From: Paraphysomonas bandaiensis
Taxonomy: Eukaryota > Protista > Chrysophyceae
Length of the DNA stretch: 64,000 bases
Assembly (NCBI GenBank): GCA_965644295.1
Contig: CBFFRP010000430.1
Location: 124,001-188,000, forward strand
Direction of reading: 5' to 3'
Positions 1 to 11,700 of this stretch are shown piece after piece (the first letter of the stretch is position 1; each line of letters opens with the position of its first letter). The notes beneath the pieces are model-generated. The model was given only the letters and a program-made list of their open reading frames with translations, was not told the origin of the DNA and did not search any database. Made by a program: the position numbers and the translations under genes.

Positions 1-1110
1 ACTGTGATGAGTGCTATTGTAAGTCTCTCTTGTTGTATGCTATGCTGTGTTGACTGTTATGTGTGATGAGTGCTATTGTAAGTCTCTCTTGTTATGTGTG
101 TTGACTGTGATGAGTGCTATTGTAAGTCTCTATTGTTGTGTGTGTTGACTGTTATGTGTGATGAGTGCTATTGTAAGTCTCTCTTGTTGTATGCTATGCT
201 GTGTTGACTGTTATGTGTGATGAGTGCTATTGTAAGTCTCTCTTGTTGTATGCTATGCTGTGTTGACTGTTATGTGTGATGAGTGCTATTGTAAGTCTCT
301 CTTGTTGTGTGTGTTGACTGTGAGGAGTGCTATTGTAAGTCTCTCTTGTTATGTGTGTTGACTGTGAGGAGTGCTATTGTAAGTCTCTCTTGTTGTGTGT
401 GTTGACTGTGATGACTGTGGTGAGTGCTATTGTAAGTCTCCTTGTTGTATGCTATGCTGTGATGACTGCTATTGTAAGCCTCTCTTGTTGTATGCTATGC
501 TGTGTTGACTGTTATGTGTGATGAGTGCTATTGTAAGTTACTCCTGTTGTGTGTGTTGACTGTTATGTGTGATGAGTGCTATTGTAAGTCTCTCTTGTTG
601 TGTGTGTTGACTGTTATGTGTGATGAGTGCTATTGTAAGTCTCTCTTGTTGTATGCTATGCTGTGTTGACTGTTATGTGTGATGAGTGCTATTGTAAGTC
701 TCTCTTGTTGTGTGTGTTGACTGTGATGAGTGCTATTGTAAGTCTCTCTTGTTATGTGTGTTGACTGTGATGAGTGCTATTGTAAGTCTCTCTTGTTATG
801 TGTGTTGACTGTGAGGAGTGCTATTGTAAGTCTCTCTTGTTGTATGCTATGCTATGCTGTGTTGACTGTTATGTGTGTTGACTGTGATGACTCTGATGAG
901 TGCTATTGTAAGCCTCTGTTGTTGTATGCTCTGTGTGTTGACTGTGATGACTGTGGTGAGTGCTATTGTAAGTCTCCTTGTTGTATGCTATGCTGTGATG
1001 ACTGCTATTGTAAGCCTCTCTTGTTGTATGCTATGCTGTGATGACTGTTATGTGTGATGACTGTGATGGGTGCTATTGTGAGTTTCTCCTGTTATGTGTG
1101 TTGACTGTGA
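1..1110 (+). repeat. Intronic tandem satellite, ~44-59 bp variable unit (core GATGAGTGCTATTGTAAGTCTCTCTTGTT), about 20 copies, truncated by the window edge
   Basis: The core recurs from position 1 to ~1090. It is followed by an acceptor (gtatag|ATAAAT at 1156/1157) that opens a reading frame continuous with ORF 1279..1860. Confidence 0.9.
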
Positions 1111-1156
1111 TAAATGTTATGTGTGTATTGTGTTTGCAACTAACATCGATGTATAG

Positions 1157-4100
1157 ATAAATTTCCTCAATGCCGAGCTTGTGACAAACCAACTACCAAC
1201 CGTGGTCTTAATCAGCAGCTTAAAAACCAGGCTTCTCTATTTACTGTTGTATTAGGGTGGGTTCTAACCCTCTTCCTTGTGCTATCCCTTATGGCGGTAG
1301 CAATCATGCTTTCTGTGAATGAGCTTGCTACGCCTGAAGGTCTCTACGACTACAAATGCTACGGATTCTTCACTGAGTGCGACACCCCAGTGTGTGTCGA
1401 TGTAGACAGCAGCATTACAAGTGGTTCCTATGGGTCGCTACCATCACTGTACGAATGGCGGAAGTGTACACTCAACAGCACTTCAAAACTACAGGCTCAG
1501 GCCTGCGTTTTTGACTCTGAGTTGTTTGATCTTACCAATGGCTGGCTGGGCTATGACGTATGTAGTGATGAATTTGCTGGTGGGGCATACGTTTTCGAGG
1601 ATACTTTTGAACATTGGGCAGATGTTCAAGACTTCAGTTCGAATGAAATGGTTAGCGCTTACTGGGATGACACAATGAATGTCGAAACGAACTCATACTG
1701 CGGGACTGGAGAACATAACGGAGGATCGAAGGCACTAGTATTCTCAGGAGAGTTTTTTCGTTACGCTGAAACCAAGGACGTGGATGTCTTTTTCGGCGGG
1801 TGGATAGAAGCAGAACTTTTTATTGCACCTGTAGGGTATGATGTGAAGTATCCTAAGTAAGTGTTCGCAGTTGTTGTGGAAGTTGTATTATCCTTTAATA
1901 TGTTCCCACAGCTGTAAAACTGCGTACACTGGTCACATATCGGTGGAGTACTCCGTCGATCAAGGGGACAACTGGGTGGAGCTTGGATACTATGAGGCTT
2001 GGCGATACAGGTCGGCAAAGTAGTATGAAATGATATCTGTGTTTGCTAATTTTATAATATAGGCAAGAAAAATTCTTTCCCATAAAATTAGAGGTTCCTG
2101 TCGAAGGTCGAACAACTGCGACTAGATTTCGGTTTATACAGTACGTTTTCGAGGCTGAAAGAGATGCGTGGGCGCTGGATAATGTGAAAGTTTTCCATAA
2201 ATTTGAGTCTGACTGGAAAGAGCATGACGAGTACGTGGAGGTAAGGTGTATATGGGAAGGCCCTGTATATTTCTAAGCATTCTTTGAGTAGGGGAAAAAA
2301 GATACACCAGAACCAATGCAGTTCGCGCAGTGTTGTTTCGATACTGAGTGGTGTGAGACACGGCTGTCGGAGGACGATTTGCATGAATGTAATGACATCG
2401 AGTGGTAAGTAAGGGCTTCCCCGTGCATGCTTTATTAGAATTGAAAAATGAAGAGTTACTGATGGGTGCATCACAGGTACACAGAGACCGATTATCAACT
2501 GCGAGGAACCGAGCTCTTCATCTGTCTTGCTGTATTTTTTGGCATTGTTAAGTTTATTTACGTCTCTTCAATGGATTGGACGATGCGAGGACGGATACCG
2601 TTTAATGATGAGCTGGACAATCTCAACCAAGTAAAACTTACTAACAACCGCCGTTTTGTAAATGCTGTAATTTTTGATGCCATGTAGGTGGACAAATTGA
2701 TAGCAATGCTACCTCCAAATTGGCGACCAAAAAAATCAACTAAGAATAAGTTTGATGAAATTCACGAGAGTGCACGGTTTGATGACAAGATGCGTAACAA
2801 TCTAATAGACGATCTTGTGGAGGAAAGTGAGGAAGAAGCTGCTCGACGTAAGCGGGAGGAAGATAAGCTTAAGGCTATTATCCTTGCCAATAAGAGGAAA
2901 AAAGAAAAAATGAAGAAGAAGTTAGCCAAAATGAAGAAAAAGAGGGAGATAGAACGTGTAAATCTAAAAGGCTCGAAGAAGTTGAAGAAGTCTAAAAAGG
3001 CATGGATACCGCCGGAAGATATTGTGCCGGAGATTTTAGTGCCAGGTACATTGTTCTACCTGCAAGCGACATCGCTAAAATTTTGTGATAGGTATGGACT
3101 TTATGGACTTTGAAGAAAAAAGTGTAGATGACGAGAACTTTGGATGGAGCTCTAAGCTGGACGACGAGGGGTCTGTGGAATCAACAGAGTCTATTGCTGG
3201 TGAAGGTAAAGGTGGAAAGGATGACGACGACGAGTCAAAGAAGAAAGACAGATCTCTGCGATTACCTGTGGACATCAGCGATGATCCAGTTATGCGACTA
3301 GTCTTTTCTGTTGTGGTCCTCTTACTCTTTGCTGTCTGCTTTCTGTATAAGTCAAGTGAGTCTGCATCTTTATATACAGTAATTTGTATTTACCCATATT
3401 TTAGGCACCCAAGCAGACTATACACTTAGGCAAGAAATTTTGGTGTACGGGGAATTCCATGGTGAAATAAACATCGAATCGGGTGGAATTCTTTTCTTTG
3501 CACTTTGTTGTGATTTCAAAGAAATTTATCACACACTGAAAAATGTGATTCCAATTTCCAAATCATGGATTCCTCCTGTTACTCTGGACACCACTTTTGA
3601 TGTGAATGCCATGTTTATAGGAAATAAAACCATAAGTCTACAGGACGTCACTGAAGCTCATACATTCACTTCTGTGTTTATCGTTCTTAGTATTGTTGGA
3701 TATGGTTTGGGCTGCTTCCCGTGGTGCATGTTTTCGATGATAATTCGAGATCAATATCTTCCATTTGACGTTATGCGAATATTAACCCCCATGTTAGGTG
3801 CAATAGTCATACTGAGGTCAATCCTCGGACCTGCAGTATTCTTGAAGTCAGTCAATGCTATATATTCCATACTGAACCTTAGTCTGAAAGGGAGAGAGGA
3901 TATGGGGATGGCATTTAAAGCTAAAAAGACCCTTACATCAGCTATTAATATGGCACTAGGCCTTGCATGTGGGGGTGCCCTTCTTCTATCTGTGGTTGCA
4001 TTGAATTTGGCTGCCATGGCTTTTGGGGTGTTTTTGTTTGTTGGATTTATGTATGGCGCTGTTACTGGGTGCTCTCATGAACTTCCAATAAGACCATGGA

Positions 4101-4273
4101 TGGTCATAACTAAAATTAGTGATGGTGTTTGGCTTCGCGTGAAACAGAAGCGACGATGTCCTTGTGTGTACTGGGGAGCCTATTGTACAGATATGCATGA
4201 TGCTAATGAAGTGTTTGTAATATTTCCACGAGATCAAGTTCTTTTTTTATCGAAATTGAAAGGAGGTGTATAG
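1157..4273 (+). CDS. Multi-exon multi-pass membrane protein with an extracellular Reelin-like (BNR/Asp-box) repeat; 5' part upstream of the window
   Basis: GT-AG introns join ORFs 1279, 2466, 2688, 3085 and 3440 plus short exons. The spliced ectodomain reads KALVFSGEFFRYAETKDVDV...ISVEYSVDQGDNW...TRFRFIQ...WALDNV, flanked by TM helices, then a Lys-rich loop and several C-terminal TM helices. Confidence 0.7.
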
Positions 4274-5063
4274 TGTTTGGGATATGTCAATGTATGTAAT
4301 ATAATGCAATAATTCAATACCTATAACATTGTACTAGTCTGGGCCGTGCTTAAAACAATAGATGATTACACTAGATGACTTTCTAATTTAGCCAGTGTGA
4401 GACAAAATAAACCTACTTGTAAAGCAGATCTTGAAATACTACTTTAGAAATAATGAATAAATATCCCAATGATATGGATCGGAAATGATTGTGTAGCGGG
4501 ATGTGTCCTGATACATATGCAAGACAACAAATAGATCTAAGAAAATAAAACCATCTCGACAGGTGATACTTGCACTTGCTCATTTGACCAAGTGCATTGC
4601 ACATAGACCACGGTATTGTAGTAGTGGATGACTTTCCTGGAGAAATATCTGTAGTACTTATCCCCCAGAACACCACGAAAAGGTTCGTGTCCGACTTTGT
4701 TACGGGGCATTGTAGTCTGCTCTATATTCTATATGTAGAATACCGTTTGTATTCAGATCTGTAGATAATTTTGGAGTTATAAAAATATCAAGGAAACTAT
4801 CACAAAGATACATCAAGAGTAAAATATTAATTAGCTCATTTACAACACACTATTCATGATTCAAAAGTACTTCCCAAAACTAAAAATTAATGACTCTGAT
4901 CATATCTGTTATCAGTTAGCAATACGACATGTATTAAAAGTACGGAAAACCAACAAAATAATCAAAAAACGACCATACATTAAACGGCCAAAAGTAATCA
5001 ATATTCGACTACGTAGCTCTTCGTAGGTTACTATTTAACTGTCACTGCCTTGAAAAGTATTTC

Positions 5064-5912
5064 TTAAAATACGCCCACGCGCTCAACGCATTTATAAGAC
5101 TCAGAGCAAGATACAGAGGGTGGAGCTCTACATCTTACAACCGGGCATTTCATATCCAGATCCTTACAGTGAAGCTCCCATGACTCGTAATTAGTTTGCG
5201 CAATAGAAAATGATGTTATCAAGGTTGGACAAAGAACACAGTAGCATTCTGTAGATGATGTGACAAAGCTATGGTAGCTAGTGACTGTACACTCTTTGTC
5301 ATGCTTACACTCAACTTGTGGTATATACGCAGCCGATACATCCACTACAGTAAACTTCTTCTGTTTATCTTTCTGTTTCACATTCTTTCCTGCTACTATC
5401 ACTCTATTTCCCACAGGATTGTTTAATACAGATAATATTTCCCCACTAAGTTCACCCGATACGCCTGCTAGCATCTTAATGGCTCCACTATTAAGTTTCA
5501 TCTGTATGATATTCAGGCATGGATCAGTTATACACTGCCTACAGCTGTATTCTATCACGTAATACGTATCGTCCGTATCGTGTGAGTCATATGTATGTAT
5601 AGGGGTCCATATATATGATGCATGTAGGTACCCTAGAGGCCCATAGATACCATTATCTCGACTAGTTAATGTCCCTTGTATCACTGCATGTGTTCCTTTG
5701 AATCCTTCAATAGATGTAACGTAGCATTTCTCTTGTTTGGATTGATCAGTACATACAGTGTGTTTCCTGTTCGCCCGTTTAACCCAATAGCCTCCACAGA
5801 GTGGATAAGCACATCGACGTGTGTCTCTGTTGATAAGGTAATAGTCTTCACAGAGAAGTGATGGGATGAGTAAGATGGATATTAGGAGGTGTGTGTAGAG
5901 GGATGTATGCAT
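5064..5912 (-). CDS. Secreted Cys-rich protein with two DUF6748-like modules (intronless)
   Basis: Signal peptide MHTSLYTHLLISILLIPSLLC (likely start 5912; the ORF upstream of it is CATA repeat). Motifs YYLINRDTRRCAYPLCGGYWVKRAN and YYVIEYSCRQCITDPC, and a C-terminal Cys cluster. Confidence 0.6.
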   Translation of the reverse strand: MHTSLYTHLLISILLIPSLLCEDYYLINRDTRRCAYPLCGGYWVKRANRKHTVCTDQSKQEKCYVTSIEGFKGTHAVIQGTLTSRDNGIYGPLGYLHASYIWTPIHTYDSHDTDDTYYVIEYSCRQCITDPCLNIIQMKLNSGAIKMLAGVSGELSGEILSVLNNPVGNRVIVAGKNVKQKDKQKKFTVVDVSAAYIPQVECKHDKECTVTSYHSFVTSSTECYCVLCPTLITSFSIAQTNYESWELHCKDLDMKCPVVRCRAPPSVSCSESYKCVERVGVF

Positions 5913-6589
5913 GATTGTGATATGGGTATGTATGTATGTGTGTATAGGCATATATATGTATGTATGTGTGTGTATGTATATAGGGGCATGTGTGTATAGG
6001 GATGTATGTATATGTATGTATGTATGTATATGTATGTATGTGGATAAGAGGGAAGGAAGAATGAAGTGTGTTCACTTCACAGAAGTGTCAGTGAATTTAC
6101 CTTCTTAAGATACATCTCGATTGACGTATCCATACAGCTATAGCATGCTGCTGTCTATATGTATGTATCTACATGCATGGAGAGAATGCACTCCTATACA
6201 GGCTGCTGTATGCGGTATATGTACATATAACATATATGGATACTCATATACACTACAGTAGGGACGGTATTATTCAGAAATTTATAAGAAAAATCCTTTT
6301 CAGTATACCATATATACACACATGAACGAATGAAATTAATGTATCAGATGATGATTGTATTTGATTGGCTAATTAGTTCGTTTAATCAGTTGGATGGTTT
6401 TGGTGGGTTGTTGTCATATGGTGTTAACGAGGTATGGGCCGTACAGAGTTGATGATATACAATAAGAACAAACTCCAGTCAAAGAATTAGCACTGCATGT
6501 ACTATTTGCTAATCTGCCAATCTGCACCCTATGCTCTGAGCGTTTAATTCTGGGATCAGTGTGCTTTTATTCTTACGTATCGTTCTAAC

Positions 6590-7522
6590 ATGGCTGCAGT
6601 TGCAGTTCAGAATGATCCTTCAGAGAATTGGATTTCGTGGAATAGTTTGGACAAAGCATCGTATGCAGGCTACCTTTCTGGAACTTCTTTGTTCAGTGGG
6701 GTTCTCACATATCCCTTTTATGTGTTAACCACTCGACAGCAGGCAGGCTCCAAATTAACCGGCGATGTATCATCTGGATACAATATTGGAATACGGCAAG
6801 CTATCCGACAAATTGGTTGGCGTGGTCTATACAGAGGTGTTATTATGAGCAATATGTTTTACATGCCAAGCAGTGTAACCTATTTATCTATCACTGAAAA
6901 CTCTCGTGAGCATATCAATAAAACCCTCCGTTCACTATTTCCCGACACCAGGGTAGAGTACACAGATGTTATACAAGTTTTATGCAGTGGAGCGCTCGCG
7001 AACGGTGCGTCACTGTTAATATCCAATCCTGTGAATTGTGTGGTTTCCAAGATGATCGTTCAAAAGAAAGGTGAAAACGTCAAATTCATGGATATGTGTA
7101 AGTACACTTACCGATCCTATGGCTGGAAGGGTTTCATGCATGGCTTTGGAAGCAATTTCATGCACGGCACCATGGGAAGCGCAGTCTGGTGGTGGAGTTA
7201 TATTACCAGTAGGCGAATATCGACGCAGTACTTACAGCAGAATCACAACATGGAAAGCCCCTATTATGTTGACGCGTTATCCGGTTTCGCCGCTGGATTT
7301 GTGTCGACTATTCTCGTCCACCCACTAGATACAATAGCTTCGAAAGTCATGACTGGAGCAACCAGCAGTACTTCTCTAATTGGTGCACTGAAGGAGGTTA
7401 TCCTAAATCATGGCATTCGCGCACTGTGGAAGGGTATAGTGCCTAGCATGGCTGGCACTGCAGCATCTTCTTGTGTTTTTGCCATGTCATACGAGTTTAT
7501 TAAGCGATCATCTTCAGCGTAA
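6590..7522 (+). CDS. Mitochondrial carrier (SLC25) family protein
   Basis: 310 aa with three repeats (YPFYVLTTR / NPVNCVVSK / HPLDTIASK), each followed by GWRGLYRG / GWKGFMHG / GIRALWKG. Confidence 0.9.
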   Translation: MAAVAVQNDPSENWISWNSLDKASYAGYLSGTSLFSGVLTYPFYVLTTRQQAGSKLTGDVSSGYNIGIRQAIRQIGWRGLYRGVIMSNMFYMPSSVTYLSITENSREHINKTLRSLFPDTRVEYTDVIQVLCSGALANGASLLISNPVNCVVSKMIVQKKGENVKFMDMCKYTYRSYGWKGFMHGFGSNFMHGTMGSAVWWWSYITSRRISTQYLQQNHNMESPYYVDALSGFAAGFVSTILVHPLDTIASKVMTGATSSTSLIGALKEVILNHGIRALWKGIVPSMAGTAASSCVFAMSYEFIKRSSSA

Positions 7523-7660
7523 AATTGAAATTTAGTCCTTTGTACTTCTATGAACTAGTGCATGTATATGAATAAAATTTGGGCAATACCATACACTAAT
7601 AAGTGAAAATATTGTACTTCAGTTATGACCTTTTTTCATTGCATATTGAAAGTCTTTTTA

Positions 7661-7965
7661 TTTAGCAATAAGCGTTAGAAACCTGTACCAATATAGTGGC
7701 CAGTTGAATGCTAGACATACTAGTTAGACCTCTACCCATAACTAATCCGTACAAATTCCATTATCCTACTATTTATATATATTGAATGTCTGATTATTTA
7801 GCAATAGGCGTTGAAAGCCTGCACCAATTAGTGGCTAGAAGAATGCTAGTCATACTAGTTAGACTACTACCCGTAACTAATCAATACAAACTCTTTTATC
7901 CTACTATTTAACGCTACAAAAGCTGCTTGTGCGTCGCCGCAAGCACCAAAGTGCAACCACTTCCG
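7661..7965 (-). repeat. Dispersed repeat family S (probable non-LTR retroelement 3' fragment), tail duplicated in tandem
   Basis: TTAGCAATAGGCGTT...CTACTATTTAACGCT..AAAGCTGCTTGTGCGTCGCCGCAAGCACCAA.GTGC is shared with copies at 22.7k, 31.1k, 43.2k, 44.8k, 50.6k and 59.9k. Confidence 0.75.
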
Positions 7966-8324
7966 TTCTTAATGTTGTTTGTGAGTTTCGCCCTGCTCGT
8001 GTGTCTTTGGACTCACTGGCGCGTGATGTATGGGGGTCTCCCCTTGGGATGCGGTTCCAACAGGCTCTGTGGTACAGGGTTCTGCATTAAGGTCCGTAGT
8101 GTACCGAGCATTAGATGTGCGTTTTTTTCATTGCTTTTCTTATCGTGTAGGCATTGATAAGCTTAAATGAAGTACAATGGATCTAGCAAAGTAGAGAAAA
8201 TATTTAAATTGTTATACTTTCAAATTGAAGATTCAAAACTACACGCTACGCAATATTCAACAGTAACAAGGGCTCGATTTCAACATATTGACCATAGAGT
8301 AGGCTCACCGATACGAGGTATATT

Positions 8325-8588
8325 AATAAAGAATTGATCTTTATAATAGTAAAACAATGTTGTGATTATTAGAGTGTAAGTAATGAACACGATAGAGTGA
8401 AAATTATGAATAACAATATAGGACGTACTATCATGCACAACGGAATAGTTAGAAGTGTAACTGATAATGACGACGTTATGATGACGATCACGTATCTTCG
8501 ACAGATACTCTCTCTAATTCAGTTCATGGTGTATTTCATTGAACATTATAACTCACAGATACAATCATGTATTAAGCTGAATCCTAAT
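8325..8588 (-). repeat. 3' LTR of copia element
   Basis: Identical by eye to 13794-14057. Confidence 0.95.
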
Positions 8589-8788
8589 ACGCCCCCTCAA
8601 TGAAATAATCAGTGAACCGTAGATAATAGAGAGAATATGAACTTATGCACACTGAGAGTAAAAACCAGAGTAGCAGTCACTAGACAATAATAAGCGAACT
8701 GCAGAGATGCCATATTGTGAGACCATCCTTCTAGTCCAGCATCATGTATTGAATAAAAGTAAAAAAAATGGTAAAAACTCCGTGTAAC

Positions 8789-11700
8789 TCAAACTAGCCA
8801 CCTAGGTCGCTTGTGGCTTGTTAATTGTGATTTAGGTGTCTCTGAGGTTGTTGATCGCTTCCTGTTGCTGCTGGATGGGATGTCGAACCCAGCTCCCCCC
8901 ATCAATGTAGTTCGCAATTGAAGAAAATTAGTTGCTCCTAGTGGTTTCGTGAGAAGATCGGCTAACATTGACGTGGTGGGAATATGGTCAACAGTCAATT
9001 GGTTTTCGGCAATATTTTCTCGAATGAAATGATACCGTATCGCAATATGTTTCGTACGACGATGATGAGTAGGATTGTAACATAATTGGACTGCCCCTTT
9101 ATTATCGCACCAAATAGTTGTTGAGAATGGAAGTTTGAAACCAATTTCTGATAATAAAGAGCGTAGCCATAATGCTTCCTGAGCTGCTGACGATAGAGCC
9201 ATATACTCAGCTTCAGTAGATGACAATGCCACAGTTGTCTGTAATCGAGATTGCCATGATATAAGACAATTACCTATGAAGAATGTAAAAGCTGTAGTGG
9301 ACCGTCGAGTGAGGTGACATCGTGCCCAATCGCTATCGCAGTATCCTGACAATGTTATGTGGGATCCAGAATATATCAATCCTTGCTTAGCAGTGCCTTT
9401 GAGATACCTAAGAACATGTAACGCAGCATTACAGGTAGTTAGATTAGGCATATCAGAAAATCTGGCAAGAGTATTGACTGCGTAGGCGATATCCGGTCGA
9501 GTGCATACAGCTAGATACATTAGGGAACCTATGAGCTCCTTGTAGGGGAAATTCTGAACATAACTTTGATTTGACTCTGAAAGATGATTGTATTCATGTA
9601 AATCATAGTTGAAAGACAGTAACATAGGTGTTGACATGGGTTTACAGTTGGACATATTGAATTTGTCCAGTAGTTTTCTGACATACTGCTCCTGACTGAG
9701 AGTCGTGATATTTTTGTCAAAATCTTGATGAATGGAGATGCCCAAGTAATAATCTAGGAGTCCGAGATCCGTAATTTCGAACTTTTTGGATAAATGGTCT
9801 TTGAATTGTTGGATATCAGTGTCGGATGTAGATGCTATAATAATATCATCCACATACATGGCTATTAGCATAATCCTGCCATTAATCTGCTTTTTGAATA
9901 TACACGGGTCAGATATTAGTCTGGTGAAACCCATATCTAGCATAAAATATGTACAGCACTTATACCAGTTAAGACCTGCTTGCTTTAGACCATAGATGCT
10001 TTTCATCAGTTTGAGGACTTTTCCGTCAGGGACGTCCATGCCAGGAGGGGGATGCATGTATATGTCCTCTTCGAGGTCAGCATTGATGTACGCAGTTGTG
10101 AAATCGATTTGGTGCAATTTGAGTTTCATAATAGTCGAAAGGGCAATAATTGTACGTAGTGATGTAGCCTTCGCGACGGGGCTGTATGTATCATTATAAT
10201 CGATGCCTTGGATTTGAGTAAAACCCTGTGCGACTAGTCGAGCCTTGAATTTGATATCATTCTGTTTTCTTTTTATTTTGAATATGAGTTTCCCCTTTAT
10301 GGCTCTTGCTCCAGGTGGTAACGCAGTGTATCTCCAGCATCCTTTCCTCTGAAGAGTGGATATTTCTCTATTGATGGCATCGATCCACTGCTGTTTATAT
10401 TTACCTGAAATAGCATCTTGAACACTCTTTGGTGTATCGGTTAGCTCGTCAATGTCATCGCAATTACTGATAGCATGCATAACAATATCAATATTGTTTG
10501 TATGTAATTTTGATATACATTGTGTGTCATGTGCCATATGATTTAATACATGTTTAGCATTTACATCACATGTATATACACCATCACCAAGTTTATGTAT
10601 ATTTACAATTACCCGTTTCCTGGCCATTCTCCTGCTTCGGAGAACACTCTTTCTACCAGCTAAAAATTGTTGTTTTGCTGTAGCACGGACCTTACTTGGC
10701 CCTTCAGGTGTACCCTGATTTTCCCAATCTCCCGATGAATCAGCAGACTTGTTACCGCGTTTGGCCATACGCTGGTGCACACGATCCACTTGACCGTGTG
10801 GTGCCGGATTCGGCACTAGATTCCCATTGAATTGTTTCGGAGGGCGAGTCTTCGCTATCTTTGCATCGGAGTGGGTAGGTTCACACCGATGGCTGCTGAT
10901 TCTCTCCTGCGCGGCATCATGATGTCTGAGATTCTCGCCACTCCCCCTGGAAGTAGCGGCTGGCGCTGGAGATCCAATAACTGTATCGGGGTCTTGATCT
11001 GATTTGCTGGATTTATGTATTGGGGTTTTCGATCGAGACGTAATACATTTGAGACCAACTGCTTTGAGTTCTATGTATTCTTCAGTGTACTTTTCGACGT
11101 CTGCAGCATGAATGGGGTCGTCGAGCTGGATGAGTCGTGTCTTGTCACCACTGTCATCGACTAGACCACGATACGCTGCGATTAATCCTTTTCTGAGCTT
11201 TATTTGAGTCGTTACATATGTTAATCCATCGTCTGGATCTACATGAGCTAGACCTATGAGATATTTGAAACTTTCTACTGTCCTGGAGGTCTCATTCTCT
11301 CTGAAGATCTCATTTATCTCCTTAAAATATCTCTTATCCGCTGGTGGAACACATTCGTTGAAAAATACATGTCCTGACATAACAAAATCTCTTAATGCGG
11401 GAACAAAGACTATATATCCAGGACCATCCTCTCGATAGCCCATAAAATACCCAGGCCAGCTATGTCTGTCCCAATTGTTCTTTCGGAGACTGGAATCGAT
11501 ATTCACAAAGCATTTACATCCCCATATTCTGGCATAACTCAAGTCTGGTATTTCGTTTTCGATAAACTGAAGTGGAGACATAAATCCTTTAGCTGTTTGA
11601 CACGGTAACCTGTTCTTGATGTGTATTGTCGCCCTTGAGGCTTGTTCCCAGAAATTCGGTGGGAGTCCAGAGTCGATAAGGCTGCTGAGTGCTCGTTCTT

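Noticed and set aside
754-1057. Cys-rich metallothionein-like ORFs
   Set aside because: They are translations of the intronic satellite.
1-1110. Box C (GTGATGA) snoRNA cluster
   Set aside because: No matching box D CTGA or terminal stems in the units.
8397-8603. Duplicated small ORFs (also 13866-14081)
   Set aside because: Antisense frames inside the two LTRs.
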